Both the position numbers and the translations under genes were made by a program. DNA of 64,000 bases from Macrostomum hystrix (Eukaryota > Animalia > Platyhelminthes), in assembly GCA_950097015.1 (NCBI GenBank), contig CATNEN010000038.1, positions 23,436,001 through 23,500,000 of the forward strand, read 5' to 3'. Each line of letters starts with the position of its first letter. Position 1 is the stretch's first letter. The notes beneath the pieces are model-generated. The model saw nothing but the letters and a program-made list of their open reading frames with translations. It was not told the DNA's origin and made no database searches. Below are positions 48,522-62,632 of this stretch, piece by piece.

Positions 48522-48989
48522 GTTGCATGTAACGAGTCAGCCCGAGTCCCGGATCGTTTTTCTGCTGAGGGCCACTGCATGTAGAGATGAATTATCGAAT
48601 CTCATAAGGCTGACGAAGCTCATTTTTGGTCTGGATAGAAGTGTCGGAAATAAAGATGCATTATCAGTTGGCCGTCATCGATTGTTAAACACCCTCTGTT
48701 CCAAAGTCCATCTTTTTGCATTCACGAATAATGTGAATATTAAGAATTGTGTACAACCTTTTTGCGTGCGAATGTTGACAAGGCTAGATAAACTAAATGT
48801 TGGCTACATTCAGTATCTTTAGTTTTCAGCTGGAAAACTGCATTACATATATAGCCATCGGTTTATCATACTCCCATCGCAAATAAAATGTCCAATCGCA
48901 TTAACTGGACGCTGCATTGTTCCCTGCGACACATTCACCTGACTCTAACACATTCTCTTCTTCACCGACCATACGGCATCTTCTGCCCT

Positions 48990-49712
48990 CTTATCATATC
49001 CTCTCTAATCTTCTACTCTCTCTCATCATCTACCCTCTCTCATCTTCTACCCTCTCTCATCTTCTACCCTCTCTCATCTTCTACCCTCTCTCATCTTCTT
49101 CCCTCTCTCATCTTCTACCCTCTCTCATCTTCTACCCTCCCTCATCTTCTACCCTCTCTCATCTTCTACCCTCTCACATATTCTTCCCTCTTTCATATTC
49201 TACCTTTCTCATATTCTACCCTTTCTCATCTTCTACCCTCTCTCATCTTCTACCCTCTCTCATCTTCTTCCCTCTCTCATCTTCTACCCTCTCTCATCTT
49301 CTACCCTCTATCATCTTCTACCCTCTCTCATCTTCTACCCTCTCTCATCTTCTACCCTCTCTCATATTCTTCCCTCTCTCATCTTCTACCCTCTCTCATC
49401 TTCTTCCCTCTCTCATCTTCACCCTCTCACATATTCTTCCCTCTCTCATATTCTACCCTTTCTCATCTTCTACCCTCTCTCATATTCTACCCTCTCTCAT
49501 CTTCTACCCTCTCTCATCTTCTATCCTCTCTCATCTTCTACCCTCTCTCATCTTCTACCCTCTCTCATATTCTACCCTCTCTCATCTTCTACCCTCTCTC
49601 ATCTTCTATCCTCTCTCATCTTCTACCCTCTCTCATCTTCTACCCTCTCTCATCTTCTACCCTCTCTCATCTTCTACCCTCTCTCATCTTCTATTCTCTA
49701 TCATCTTCTAAC
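48990..49712. repeat. Pyrimidine-rich minisatellite, 17-nt unit
   Basis: Tandem CTCTCTCATCTTCTACC. Confidence 0.95.
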
Positions 49713-51788
49713 CTTTCACATAATGAAGTTGTACATCTTCCCTCTAAGATCTGCGACCGTCGAATATCTTCTACTTTCTCATCTTCTACCGTGTATCACT
49801 TCACTCACAAGGTAATGTTGCATTTCTGAAGCGGTTACCCTTAACCAAATTCTTGTCAACTAGTGAAAATTTGAAACTTTGCACAGCCCTTGTTCATTGT
49901 GGTGTATTTCAGAAAACTCTACCCAATAGAGGGGACTTCTAGACAAATGAATATCCCGAACCAAACATATCCCCAGATTTCTGTGGTTGTGCTGCCCGAT
50001 GTACACAATTGTGTAGGAAGGGACGTTGCTAATGCTTAGCCTCGGGTCCGGTATGCATTACATCGCGTCATATCAGCATTATCCCCTTCCTTCCTCTTTT
50101 TTCGCACCCCCGAAACCGAAAAAGCCGGGAAACGAAACGACGCTCTCATAAATTGCTGGGCCTCCACTGGCCGACCCGCTCTTTTTGGGAGTCTGGCTGT
50201 GGGATAAAAGGGGAGGATAGATAGACTAAGCGAGAGGGTAACTGACTGCTTTGGGGACGGGTTAAACGACCTTTCGGAGGCTGCGCTGCAAATTTGGGAG
50301 GCCTGGCATGGATTAGGGAAATCGGGATTGTTCTGAGTTTTAACAGCTACAGCTAGTGGGGTGCGTGGGGGGCCAGACAACGGGAATTGATGAAGTGCTG
50401 AAAACTACCGGTGATAGATAGCAGAGAAAGGGAGACTGTGACAAAGAGAAACACCTGTTTACCATGCATTCATAATCTTTTTTATCCTGACTTGTGTTTT
50501 AAAAATGCGCCGAGCGGAAAGTAAGCTCACGCCAATTTCAACATACATAAAATAAAGTTCGACAATTTCAACGCGAAGCTGGACTGTGTTGTTTGAGGTG
50601 GATGCCCTTTGGTCCAAGGCCCGCCTCAATTCAATCCCTCCCTTCTTGTCCTCATTGGCTGGCCGGGTTTAACCCGAAAGTCCCTTTCTCGGGGTCCGGA
50701 CTGGAGCTAGTTGGGGTGGCGGGCTAATCACACCCTGCCCCAACCCTCCCCACACAATTAGTGGAGCGGGGTAGGCCAAGGCCCCCATTTTATTTAGCGC
50801 CAGAAGCCCAACCCAAATCAGGCCCCCAATCTGAGAAAAAGTCCCTTTACGACACCCCACATCCCTCTAACTTTATAAAACTAACGGTCTAATTTAGCTG
50901 ACTTTATATTATACTCGTTTAGGGCACTGAAACTTTCCTTACTGAATTAAATTTAACTGTTTACTACTTGATTTTTTGCTTAAAAGCCACTCAACTAGTG
51001 ACAATTCACGCAGCACGGACAGCGACTTCAGTTAAACAAAGCGAAGTTTGATTTTGGAATCGGCGTCGACAATTTGTTCAACTAGCACCCTCATCTGGCA
51101 AATTTTGTGTAAGTCTTATTCGACTCTGTTAAATCCCATTTTAAACAGTAGACTAACAGTAGTGAGAGTCATATGATCGCTATTGACGGATCAACATTGG
51201 GGCAGTCATATTGATTTACACTCCCCTAGTCATCGATTGCTTGCCCATTATAGTCCGGTTGGTTAATTAAATTAATCAACAGGAGAAGAATCGACAATAA
51301 ATGGATAGGATATGTTTCATTTTTGTCATTTAGACTCTACATCGCTCTCTTGGTCATTGCTTGTTTTCATTGCACGTGTGCGAGAAGACTTGGAAAAAAG
51401 GCAACTCAAACATCATGACGGAGTTGCTAGCAAAAGCATTATTGGTAATACGACACTTGAGAAAAACAAGAATGCTTGCTAGTTCTCGCTTTGAACACTT
51501 GGTCTTTACAACAAGATTTGGACATTTTTCTAAGGATTAGTTAAAGGAACTGTGTGGATTAGTTGAGGGCATAATATTAACTGAACTGAATACCGTTGGT
51601 AGTGGGCATTAACATAATCTTTGGTCCACCGCCGCTATTTCCCAAATCTTAAATAGTCAATAAATAATTAAGGCTAAGCATGCAGACTGCACTTTTATGT
51701 CCTGTCAGATAACACGCTCAACATAGGGGAAATTTTACTTTCTTTTAGTGGAGTCAAGAAGCGACAAAAGAAATTATAGTAAAAAAGC

Positions 51789-53673
51789 CTGTCTAGATTG
51801 AGAAGGGAAGTCTGTCTAGATTGAGTAGGGAAATCTGTCTAGATTGAGAAGGGAAATCTGTCTAGATTGAGTAGGGAAATCTGTCTAGATTGAGAAGGGA
51901 AATCTGTCTAGATTGAGTAGAGAAATCTGTCTAGATTGAGAAGGGAAATCTGTCTAGATTGAGTAGAGAAATCTGTCTAGATTGAGTAGGGAAATCTGTC
52001 TAGATTGAGAAGGGAAATCTGTCTATAATGAGAAGGGAAATCTGTCTAGATTGCGTAGGGAAATCTGTCTAGATTGAGTAGGGAAGTCTGTCTAGATTGA
52101 GTTGGAAGTCTGTCTAGATTGAGTAGGGAAATCTGTCTAGATTGAGAAGGGAAATCTGTCTAGATTGAGTAGGGAAATCTGTCTAGATTGAGAAGGGAAG
52201 TCTGTCTAGATTGAGTTGGAAGTCTGTCTAGATTGAGTAGGGAAATCTGTCTAGATTGAGAAGGGAAATCTGTCTAGATTGAGTAGGGAAATCTGTCTAG
52301 ATTGAGTAGGGAAATCTGTCTAGATTGAGTAGGGAAGTCTGTCTAGATTGAGTTGGAAGTCTGTCTAGATTGAGTAGGGAAATCTGTCTAGATTGAGAAG
52401 GGAAATCTGTCTAGATTGAGTAGGGAAATCTGTCTAGATTGAGTAGGGAAATCTGTCTAGATTGAGACGGGAAATCTGTCTAGATTGAGTAGAGAAATCT
52501 GTCTAGATTGAGTAGGGAAATCTGTCTAGATTGAGAAGGGAAATCTGTCTAGATTGAGTAGGGAAATCTGTCTAGATTGAGTAGGGAAATCTGTCTAGAT
52601 TGAGTAGGGAAATCTGTCTAGATTGAGAAGGGAAATCTGTCTAGATTGAGTAGAGAAATCTGTCTAGATTGAGAAGGGAAATCTGTCTAGATTGAGTAGA
52701 GAAATCTGTCTAGATTGAGAAGGGAAATCTGTCTAGATTGAGTAGAGAAATCTGTCTAGATTGAGTAGGGAAATCTGTCTAGATTGAGAAGGGAAATCTG
52801 TCTAGATTGAGTAGGGAAATCTGTCTAGATTGAGTAGGGAAATCTGTCTAGATTGAGTAGGGAAATCTGTCTAGATTGAGAAGGGAAATCTGTCTAGATT
52901 GAGTAGGGAAATCTGTCTAGATTGAGAAGGGAAATCTGTCTAGATTGAGAAGGGAAATCTGTCTAGATTGAGAAGGGAAATCTGTCTATATTGAGTAGGG
53001 AAATCTGTCTAGATTGAGAAGGGAAATCTGTCTAGATTGAGAAGGGAAATCTGTCTAGATTGAGATAGGAAATCTGTCTAGATTGAGTAGGGAAATCTGT
53101 CTAGATTGAGTAGGGAAATCTGTCTAGATTGAGAAGGGAAATCTGTCTAGATTGAGAAGGGAAATCTGTCTAGATTGAGTAGGGAAATCTGTCTAGATTG
53201 CGTAGGGAAATCTGTCTAGATTGAGTAGAGAAGTCTGTCTAGATTGAGTAGGGAAATCTGTCTAGATTGAGAAGGGAAATCTGTCTAGATTGAGTAGGGA
53301 AATCTGTCTAGATTGAGAAGGGAAATCTGTCTAGATTGAGAAGGGAAATCTGTCTATATTGAGTAGGGAAATCTGTCTAGATTGAGAAGGGAAATCTGTC
53401 TAGATTGAGAAGGGAAATCTGTCTAGATTGAGTAGGGAAATCTGTCTAGATTGAGAAGGGAAATCTGTCTAGATTGAGTAGGGAAATCTGTCTAGATTGA
53501 GAAGGGAAGTCTGTCTAGATTGAGTAGGGAAATCTGTCTAGATTGAGTAGGGAAATCTATCTAGATTGAGTAGGGAAATCGGTCTAGATTGAGAAGGGAA
53601 GTCTGTCTAGATTGAGTAGGGAAATCTGTCTAGATTGATAAGGGAAATCTATCTAGATTGAGAAGGGAAATCT
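51789..53673. repeat. Minisatellite, 23-nt unit
   Basis: Tandem TCTGTCTAGATTGAG(T/A)AGGGAAA. Confidence 0.97.
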
Positions 53674-54489
53674 AAGGACCCCTTGCTGCCTGGTTACTAA
53701 GGCGGTGTGGTATACTCAGCTAGATAGACAGGCTAGCTACTTATCCACTGGTGCGAAACGGAAGGGTGATGTGATTGTCCACATTTTTGTTGGCACCCAT
53801 TTTATTGTCTTCTTTACAATTACCTTTCCTAGTTCGTTGTTACACAATTGGCAACTCAAAATATGAGAGTGATAAAAGTCAGGTTTATTCAGGAGAAAAT
53901 ACGTTCTTTATCAAGATGGACAGTTAGCTAGCTTTTGAAATCGAAAATTAATATCGAAGAATGAACACGTTGGCGATTGTTAAAATGTTATGTCTCCGAC
54001 CAACGTGTGTGTAGAATACGTGGGACCTAGGTAGGACTGTACGGCTAATACAGAAACATATTCAATTTGTCACATCTTCTCAACTCTCGATTCGATGTTT
54101 AAAGTGTTGTGCGTGTTTAACCTAAGCAAGAGATTAGATCAATTGACTTGATTTCAGAACTTGGATAAATGAGGCTAACAAAGTAGAAGTAGAATATTGT
54201 ACCTTGGCAATCCTTCTGCCTTCTGTGAAGATGGTTTTACCATCATCTTATCTGTTTCTTGAGTTGTCCCTAATTTTTAGGGTTACGGACTTGTAGACAG
54301 ATGGCTAGCAGGCCAAATTTCAGCACAATATCATACCATTTGCAGAGGCTGTTGATCTTATTTACCCCAACCAATTACCATCACAGCTGGTTTCTGGTTT
54401 CAATGCTGAGGTCCACAAACCTTATTTACATCGTGGACTATACAGTATTAAATATAATACAATAGTCAGACTTAAAGACAGGGCAGGGG

Positions 54490-55315
54490 GAGATTAGACA
54501 GGGGAGAGATGAGACAGGAGAGAGATGAGACTGGGGAAAGATAAGACGGGATGAGACAGGCGAGAGAGATAAGGCAGAATAGAGATGATATAAGTGAAAT
54601 ATAAGGCTGATGAGAGAGGATGTAGGGGAGAGATGAGACGGGAGAGAAATGAGGCAGAAGAGAGAGGTGGCGGGGGAGAGATAAGACGATACAGAGATTA
54701 GATGGGAGACATGAGACAGCAGAGTCAGGGAGATGAGATGGGAGAGAGATGAGACAGTAGAGTCAGAGAGATGAGACAGTAGGGTCAGAGAGATGAGACA
54801 GTAGGGTCAGAGAGATGAGACAGTAGGGTCAGAGAGATGAGACAGTAGGGTCAGAAAGATGAGACAGTAGGGTCAGAGAGATGAGACAGTAGGGTCAGAG
54901 AGATGAGACAGTAGGGTCAGAGAGATGAGACAGTAGGGTCAGAGATGAGACAGTAGAGTCAGAGAGATGAGACAGTAGGGTCAGAGAGATGAGACAGTAG
55001 GGTCAGAGAGATGAGACAGTAGGGTCAGAGAGATGAGACAGTAGGGTCAGAGAGATGAGACAGTAGGGTCAGAGATGAGACAGTAGGGTCAGAGAGATGA
55101 GACAGTAGAGTCAGAGAGATGAGACAGTAGGGTCAGAGATGAGACAGTAGGGTCAGAGAGATGAGACAGTAGAGTCAGAGAGATGAGACAGCAGAGTCAG
55201 AGAGATGAGACAGTAGAGTCAGAGAGATGAGACAGTAGAGTCAGAGAGATGAGACAGTAGAGTCAGAGAGATGAGACAGTAGAGTCAGAGAGATGAGACA
55301 CTAGAAACAGTAGAG
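54490..55315. repeat. Minisatellite, 22-nt unit with degenerate 5' flank
   Basis: Tandem GAGATGAGACAGTAG(G/A)GTCAGA. Confidence 0.93.
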
Positions 55316-58300
55316 TGATGCCATCTTGTTTCGTTAAACCGCATAGTGAGGTGAATCAACCTTATCAATTTCTCTCATTAACGATTCTTCAGGTGTTAAG
55401 CTTCTCTACAAGCCACTCTACTATAAATTAGTTACCTATGGTGTAATGTTTACTAGTCCATTACAATATTCTTTGTTCTAAATTCTAGCCATCATTCACA
55501 GACAAACAGTATCCGAAATCTAAAGCTATGGAATCATTGACTCACCTGACAAAGGTGAATTAATAGAGTTTCAGTTTCCAGTTATAGCGGACTCTGGGAT
55601 CGGGAAAAAATAAGAGGAGGAAAGATTTTTTTAAAAAGGCCCGGCAAACCCAGCAGATGCTTCAAAGAGAGACAGCGATAGAGGCATTGCTAATGCGACC
55701 CTGTAATACAGGGCGCATCACGTGGCGGTGCATTTTAATAAGATCCCTATGCCCAGTGCCCACCCCGACCCAGGGCCATGCTTGTGTAGGATGAGAACAA
55801 GGGATCAAGGTTGCAGGGGTCGGTATATGCGAGACCTGATTATAGCATCAGGTATGTTTTTCAACACACTGAATCAGAGAGGCTTAGGTAGATCGCTTAC
55901 TAATTTTCAGAATGGCTAGATTTCTAGATAGAATAGTATAGAAATCCTGGAATTCAAAATTCAATCAGACCTTTTATATTCTCTTTTTTTCTGACACCTT
56001 ACCGTGACTCAACTGTCACTTTTCAACTGTCTAATTTTGTGGGGCCAAAGCTGAGCACATTTGAAAGAAATGCCGACATATTTGCTCTTTCTCTCTACTC
56101 GTATTTCCTCACTGGCTTGTTCTGCCTTTTGCATTCACAGCCTTAAAAGTGAGTGTGTTCCTTTTGGCTGCGAGACAGACTGCTGGAGAAATTGTCCTAA
56201 CTATTCCTCATGCAGTGCAGTGTTTTAGTCTTATATGCACACCGTTTACAAGATTTTCTCAAGGTTTTCTTAAATTCGTGTCTCTATACAGTGTGAGTCC
56301 GTGCTCAAATGGCTAGTTATCAATGCAGACTATAGATCCTGTTCTACAAAAATTAATTCCTTTAGTGCTTTTTGGGTGATTACAAAAATCCCCAGCACAC
56401 TTGCACACAGATTAAAAATCCGCTGCTGTTTAAAGGGCCATGCTTAAAATGCGAGAGTGGACCTAGAAATAATTCGCGACCTGTTACGTCAGCTCGTCAG
56501 TGTTATTTTATGTATTATAATTATTCTCGAGGTCACAAGTCGTGTTGAATCAAATAAGATAAATCAAATTAGCATCACAGGCCAGCTTCGCTACATTCAT
56601 GAAGTTAAGAGACTCAATCTAAAATATCCATATTATACTGCAGATGACTCACTCGTGATAGCTCACAGAACTGCAGATAATCAGTGTGAGCTCAATTTTT
56701 TTTCGACGAGGAATAAACAACACACACCGCTGTCTGTGTGTGTCAGATCCCTCTAATTAAAGTCGAACCTGTGTGATGCAATGCATTCCGAGCAGGCTTA
56801 AATATACGCTCGTATATCAGCCGAAAAAATGTAACTGCGAATTTCAGCTAAAAAATAGAACGTGACATGGAGCTTCTACTTTTTTCACAGGAAAAAAAGA
56901 ATTTCTTCGATGTCTGATTAAACAAAAGCGGTTATTAATTTTTGGGAAAATCTCAAATTTTGCTAATGAAGCAACTGAATTTAATAAATGACAAATAATT
57001 TTTTAACAAATCGAAGAATGACAATATTGGCAGTCTGATTTGAAACAGAAAGTCACGCGTTCCACCTTGTCTTTTTCTCTATTAAAATCCGCAGTCAGAT
57101 TAATCAATTCTTCGAAGTCGATAAAAAATAAGCCATACATAAGAAATCCATTGCCTTGCATTATAGTTTAAAGGATTAATGATTAAGATTAATTTCTAAT
57201 CAGATCAGAATTAAAATCGGGACGCATAATTTTGAAAGTAGAAAATGCTCTGCTGTTTGCAATGAGTGCTTATATAGACTCGGTTACCATCTAGATTAGC
57301 AAATAACTTTATACTATTTCTAAGCAATCCAAAATAGAATTGCACAGCTACTCAATTTTAGGCACCGCATCGGTTCTGATTGAGACTAGATGCTCATACT
57401 TAGAATATCCCTCCAGTGGCCCTACTAACCCGAAACGAAGTGCTGGACAGTTCAGAGCAATTAATCTGATTTCAACGTTAGCCCAGTCTATCTACAAGTT
57501 TCTCCCGCAAAGCTAAAGGGCATTTCGCTACTTCTCACAAGGTTCAGCATGCGATTTGAAATGATCACTTCAACACTTGCAAGAGAAATTTAGGCTTGGG
57601 ATGCCACAGTTTTGGGGATTTTAGACTTTGGGGAATGTAAATCTGTAATATGATCTGTTTTATCCCGTAAGTTTTTTAGGTTTGTAGGATTTCTGATCCC
57701 TATAAAAAAATTTGAGATTTTGGAATTTCTATAAATCTAAAAGTAAAAATCCCCTAAGGATTAAAAAATGCAAAATATCGATTCTCAATCTCAATTGAAA
57801 TCCCCGTATCTATTTCATTGCAATCTGTGAGGTCCAGAACAAAATAGGCACTGGCAGCTGATGAGATGGAATACTCGAGGTTGATACTTGTAAATGAACA
57901 GCGGCCCTTTAAAACTTTTCTCCTCTCCGTCATCCATACTCAACGGCTCTCCTTCTCTTCTCACGAGAAGAGAAGCCTCTCAGAACTATCCCGCCTTTGC
58001 CGCATCTTCGCCGCCAGCACTGCCCAGAAAAATATGCCTGGAACAGATCGAATTTCTTTCTTCCTCTGATTATCGATCTCAATGGCTATCCAGTATCCAG
58101 CCATCAGGCGGGAATCAATCCCTGCTCCATCGCCAAGCCAACGACAACTTCGGCCAAAGACAGCGAGAACAGCTTCCTCCACCCCTGTCCACATTTTCCC
58201 ATTTCCCACTCCTGCCAGGAGCCGTTACTATACCCCGACTATTGGGGACGAAAATCTGCTTGTCCATTGCGCTGCGTATATATTGCTTCCCAGGGACAAG

Positions 58301-60219
58301 CCACTTACTTGATCAGGTAAAAAGCTGGTCAATAGTTTTCTAAAATATAGCTCAAATATATCTCAAATATCTCAAACTAATAGTTAAATTTTAGAAATAA
58401 GCCGAACGGACAGTTTGAAAAGAGAAATAGGATTTTTGGGAGCTTTGCTGAACTCTGCTTTAGAATTTAATCCCTTCTGGTTGCTAGGCAAAGCACATCC
58501 GGACAATTTTTCCACCTGGTGCGTGACATCGCGGCCTGGGGAGAACCAAGGGATGGTTTGGAAGATATAACAAATCCTAAGGCATGATATGACACAGCTG
58601 CTGCTGCTGCTGCTTTGCTTGTAGTAAAGGAAAAAACCGCTTCTTTATTCCCAGCATCTTTTGCGAATCTAGAGATTCTGTTTAAATAAGACACGAGAGG
58701 ACACGAATCCGGGCTCATTGCATCGTCTCCTTATTTGTTTTCTCTAAAGACAGAGAAGTGCAAAAGCAGACAGGCAATCGGCCATTGTAGTTACCATTTT
58801 CTACCAGATTCCATTTTCACTGCTTAAATGAATGACTCTTCAAAGATTAGCTGGCCCAACCTAGTATCCGGGCGGACCTAGCAGCTGATCCGCCCTTTAA
58901 AGGTCTTCCTTTAAGGGCCCGATCCAGAGTCTGGAAAACTAGCTTTGTTCATCTAAAAGAAAAATGTCACTCAAAAAAATAATAATCTTTGCATGGCTTT
59001 GAGAAACCCCACCTGAAAGAAATGCAGTAAGATTATTTTAATTTTGATTAAAAGTTGCCAAAAAGGAAACAAAAGGCAATTAAGTTGAAGAAGCCTAGCA
59101 GATTCCGCCAGGTATGCTTAGCCACACCTGGTATTTCTTCTTCAACTTACATTTCCCTGGAGGTTGCGCAGAGTCCGCACCTTGCTACACCTATCAGGTA
59201 ATCCATCCTTGTCTCCTATAGTCGTTGGTTGCGAACAACAGTTAAGCTTATTGGAGGCTGTCAAGAAAATCCCACACAGCCTTCTTAAGAATTTCTTCCA
59301 TTTTCAGCACAAAAACCGATTGGGGCTTCAAGCCTTGTTCTCGGAATGTTCCAGACTAGACCCTAAAGAAGCAGTTGGACGGAGAAATGCTGACGGCCAA
59401 AAACCATATTGATTGTGACTTCTTGTCAGACAGATTTGGAAAGCTTAGCTAAAACATTTAGAATAACGTGAAATTTTTATCCTGAAGAACAATTTGTTGT
59501 TTTACTATCAGGATCAGGTTAGTCGTTCCCAGATATTTTTCTGGACCTTTATTATTTCGGAAAGGTTTGACTAATTGACAAATATCTGTAATACAACTCA
59601 ATGCACGAGAGTAGAAATAGCCACACAAATAGTGTTTTATTGTTTTACGATTCTAGGCTAAAACACCCACTCTGCGAAAATTTTCTAATCGCTGTGAGAA
59701 CGCTAGTTTCATGTGCTTAGCCTTTAATATAGTGTCAATTCTCAGAACGGTAAGTGACCCACTAGAGCTAGTCAAACACACACACATGCACACCTTAGTA
59801 CTACAGTGTGAGAGCGAAAGGGAGAGAGGTCAGGTAGGTGAGATAGGAACAGGAAGCTCATTGAGAGATCCTCATTTGGGATTTTGTAGCTGTGAAGTAT
59901 GTAATATATAGTACTATAGTATTTAGGAAACCTGGCAAGCTGGCTATAGGCTCTCAGAGTGAGTCCAGTAGGTAAGAGATTAATAACTCACTCATCAGGG
60001 ATCACAGAATGACAGGTCCTTTGGAAATTGGGCCATTAATTAAGAACTGAAGTCATCAGACCAGTGTCATTTCAGTTGAAAGGGAAGTGTTTAAAATTAT
60101 TATTTTTTAGATCATCAATCATAATTGATTGATTTGCGTAGGCTTTGATGGTCCAGAAAGTGATAGCCTTTGATCCAAGAAGTAATCCCATTTTAATCCC
60201 GACAGACAATCATCAAGGC

Positions 60220-60483
60220 ATGCCTCCGCAGCTGCTGCTGCTGCTGTTGCTGTCAGTTCAGCCCAGCCTGCCATTGGCTGTCAGCGCATTGTCAGCTAAG
60301 AACGGCGGCTGTAGATTCGTAGTGAACGAAGAACAGGTGCCAGTTAATGCAGCCATCAGCGGCCCGAACTTGTACAGCTGCCTGGGCGGACCTGAGGGCC
60401 TGCGAGCCGAGAGCGGCGATGACCTGCAGCTGCAGTCACCTGAGTGGCCGATGGTCACTGACTCAGACAGAACTGGGAAACAG
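60220..60483 (+). CDS. Protocadherin-like gene, first coding exon (signal peptide plus start of EC1)
   Basis: MPPQLLLLLLLSVQPSLPLAVSA signal peptide, then FVVNEE (EC1 start). Donor CAG|GTAAAA, phase 0. Upstream acceptor-like GACAG at 60201-60205. Confidence 0.8.
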
Positions 60484-60772
60484 GTAAAAAATCCAGATCT
60501 CACAACCCACATCTTATCATTTTTTCTAATCTCCCTGTATTCATCTCCTATCCTTTTCTCCCAATGCTACATCTTTCAAATCTTTATCATCTTTCCCCCA
60601 ACCCCCTCTATCCATCTCTTATCCTCTTTCTCCAAATCTCACTGTATCCATCTGTTATCCCCCCTCTGTTATTCCTTTTCTCCCAATATCTCTCTATCCA
60701 TCTCCATCTCCTGTTTTGCCAATATCGCTTATAACTTTCTCCCTACACAGTCTGATTCCACTCTCCCCGCAG

Positions 60773-61018
60773 GTGTGGCAGCTGCTGAAGGTGGGCTCCA
60801 ATGGCAGCCTGCATGTGGCCAGCCTAATCGATCGCGAGGAGCCCAGCCTTCGCTGCTTCAATCAGGCGATCTGCTCCAAACCATTCAGCATTGTCCTGCA
60901 GAATACCCGGCTAAACCGGATGCTGCGCCAGTTGTCTGTGCTGGATATTCACGACTACAACGACAATTCGCCAGTGTTTGGCAGGGAGAATAGGGAGCTT
61001 AATGTGTTCGAGAATCAG
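60773..61018 (+). CDS. Protocadherin-like exon 2 (EC1 end)
   Basis: IDREEPSLRCFNQAIC (DRE followed by a Cys pair, typical of protocadherin EC1) and DYNDNSPVF. Splice sites GCAG|60773 and CAG|GTGAGT. Confidence 0.9.
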
Positions 61019-61189
61019 GTGAGTCAGTATTAGATTCATATTTACCTTCTGGGATTATCTATATGAATAGTTAGCGCATAACCAGTAGATTAGCGGTAGA
61101 AAAAAAGATAAATAGATAATTAGCGTGGTGGAAGGTAGATAGAGGACATGGTAGACAGGTTAGTAGATTTGTTAGGCAGGTAGATTGTA

Positions 61190-61632
61190 GTGACTGTTAG
61201 ATAAACGAGAGGTAGACGGGTAGATAACTACTCACTACTTATCTGGTAGTTAGACAGGTAGATAATTGGCAGTTAGACAGGTAGATAATTGGTAGTTAAG
61301 CAGGTAGATGATTAGTAGTTAGACAGGTAGATGATTGGCAGTTAGACAGGTGGATAATTGGTAGTTAGACAGGTAGATAACTACTCACTACTTATCTGGT
61401 AGTTAGACAGGTAGATAATTGGCAGTTAGACAGGTAGATAATTGGTAGTTAAGCAGGTAGATGATTAGTAGTTAGACAGGTAGATGATTGGCAGTTAGAC
61501 AGGTGGATAATTGGTAGTTAGACAGGTAGATAAATGGTAGTTAGACAGGTAGATAATTGGCAGTTAGATTAGAGAGTTAGATAATTGGTAGTTATATTAG
61601 ACAGGTAGATAATTGGCAGTTAGACAGGTAGG
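61190..61632. repeat. Minisatellite, 23-nt unit with 153-bp block duplication, intronic
   Basis: Tandem GGTAGTTAGACAGGTAGATAATT. The block starting GTAGATAACTACTCAC occurs at 61220 and 61373. Confidence 0.9.
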
Positions 61633-61719
61633 TCGATGGCAGGCAGGTAGGTAGCAGTTGTATACATATTAGGTGCTCAATTAACCTGCAAAGCCCACCC
61701 GAACCCGGCTCTGGACAAG

Positions 61720-61962
61720 TCTCCTATGCTCAACCTGCCATCTGTATCGGACGCTGACGCGGGCAGGAACGGCCAGACAATGACTCGAATTGTGAGTCAC
61801 GACGCCGCGGTGCCTCGGTCTGACTCGCTGATCAATCCAAATAGCAGAGACCCGCTTCTACAGATTTCACCGGCTCTGGACTACGAGAAGGTGACTGGCT
61901 ACAATATCACATTGGAGGCGTGCGACAATGGGAATGTGGCCACGCCGTGCACTAGGATACAG
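61720..61962 (+). CDS. Protocadherin-like exon 3 (EC2)
   Basis: SDADAGRNG, LDYEK and ACDNG cadherin motifs. The only in-phase acceptor found is AAG|61720. Donor CAG|GTAACA. Confidence 0.85.
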
Positions 61963-62047
61963 GTAACAAGCCTAGGAATTAGGCGAATATATTCAATTAT
62001 CAAATCATGATTTTATAATTTTCTAAATAAATCCAAAACCAACCAAG

Positions 62048-62257
62048 GTTCGAATCTCGGTTATTGACGCGAACGACAATGCGCCGCATTTTGTTCAGCG
62101 CGAATTCGTCCTACCAGAGCTGGCCGAGGACGCCTTTGAAAAGGCCGGCGGCGGCCCGCTGACCATCGGAAAATTGGAAGCCAGCGATCCAGACGGTGGG
62201 GACAACGGCCGGATAGAGTTCAGCATTATCCAAGGCGAGGGCAGCGATGCTTTCGCG
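62048..62257 (+). CDS. Protocadherin-like exon 4 (EC2/EC3)
   Basis: VRISVIDANDNAPHF...ASDPDGGDNGRIEF, 210 nt. Splice sites CCAAG|62048 and GCG|GTGAGC. Not in the ORF track. Confidence 0.88.
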
Positions 62258-62266
62258 GTGAGCAGT

Positions 62267-62586
62267 TGATCTACTCACTGATCTATTCACACTGATCTAC
62301 TCACTGATCTATTCACACTGATCTACTCACTGATCTATTCACACTGATCTACTCACTGATCTATTCACGCTGATCTACTCACTGATCTATTCACACCGAT
62401 CTACTCACTGATCTATTCACACTGATCTACTCACTGATCTATTCACACTGATCTACTCACTGATCTATTCACACTGATCTACTCACTGATCTATTCACAC
62501 TGATCTACTCACTGATCTATTCACACTGATCTACTCACTGATCTATTCACACTGATCTACTCACTGATCTATTCACACTGATCTAT
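62267..62586. repeat. Minisatellite, 26-nt unit (12+14 subunits), intronic
   Basis: Tandem TGATCTACTCAC-TGATCTATTCACAC. Confidence 0.95.
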
Positions 62587-62632
62587 CGTATATGCATCGT
62601 GATCTAATAGTAGTCAATTACCTAATTCCCAG

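Noticed and set aside
48304-48822. Poly-Ala/Cys/Ser/Gln ORFs over the CAG repeat
   Set aside because: The surrounding sequence has no coding character or good splice sites, so this is a simple microsatellite.
22120-49829. Numerous long low-complexity ORFs (e.g. 23068-24030, 26549-27697, 30551-31813, 36046-37416, 40708-42330, 44215-45033, 48888-49829)
   Set aside because: Each coincides with a tandem array and is open in several frames or strands. No domain motifs or coherent splice structure.
13008-55315. CRISPR-like appearance of 20-36-nt repeats
   Set aside because: Units are directly abutting with no unique spacers, there are no cas genes, and the context is eukaryotic.
55693-55718. Imperfect palindrome ATGCGACCCTGTAATACAGGGCGCAT as a Helitron 3' hairpin
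   Set aside because: No CTRR terminus at the expected distance, and an isolated short palindrome can arise by chance in 64 kb.
57866-58343. Cluster of overlapping short ORFs upstream of the cadherin gene
   Set aside because: No domain similarity. May be a non-coding exon (donor-like CAG|GTAAAA near 58317) but unsupported as CDS.
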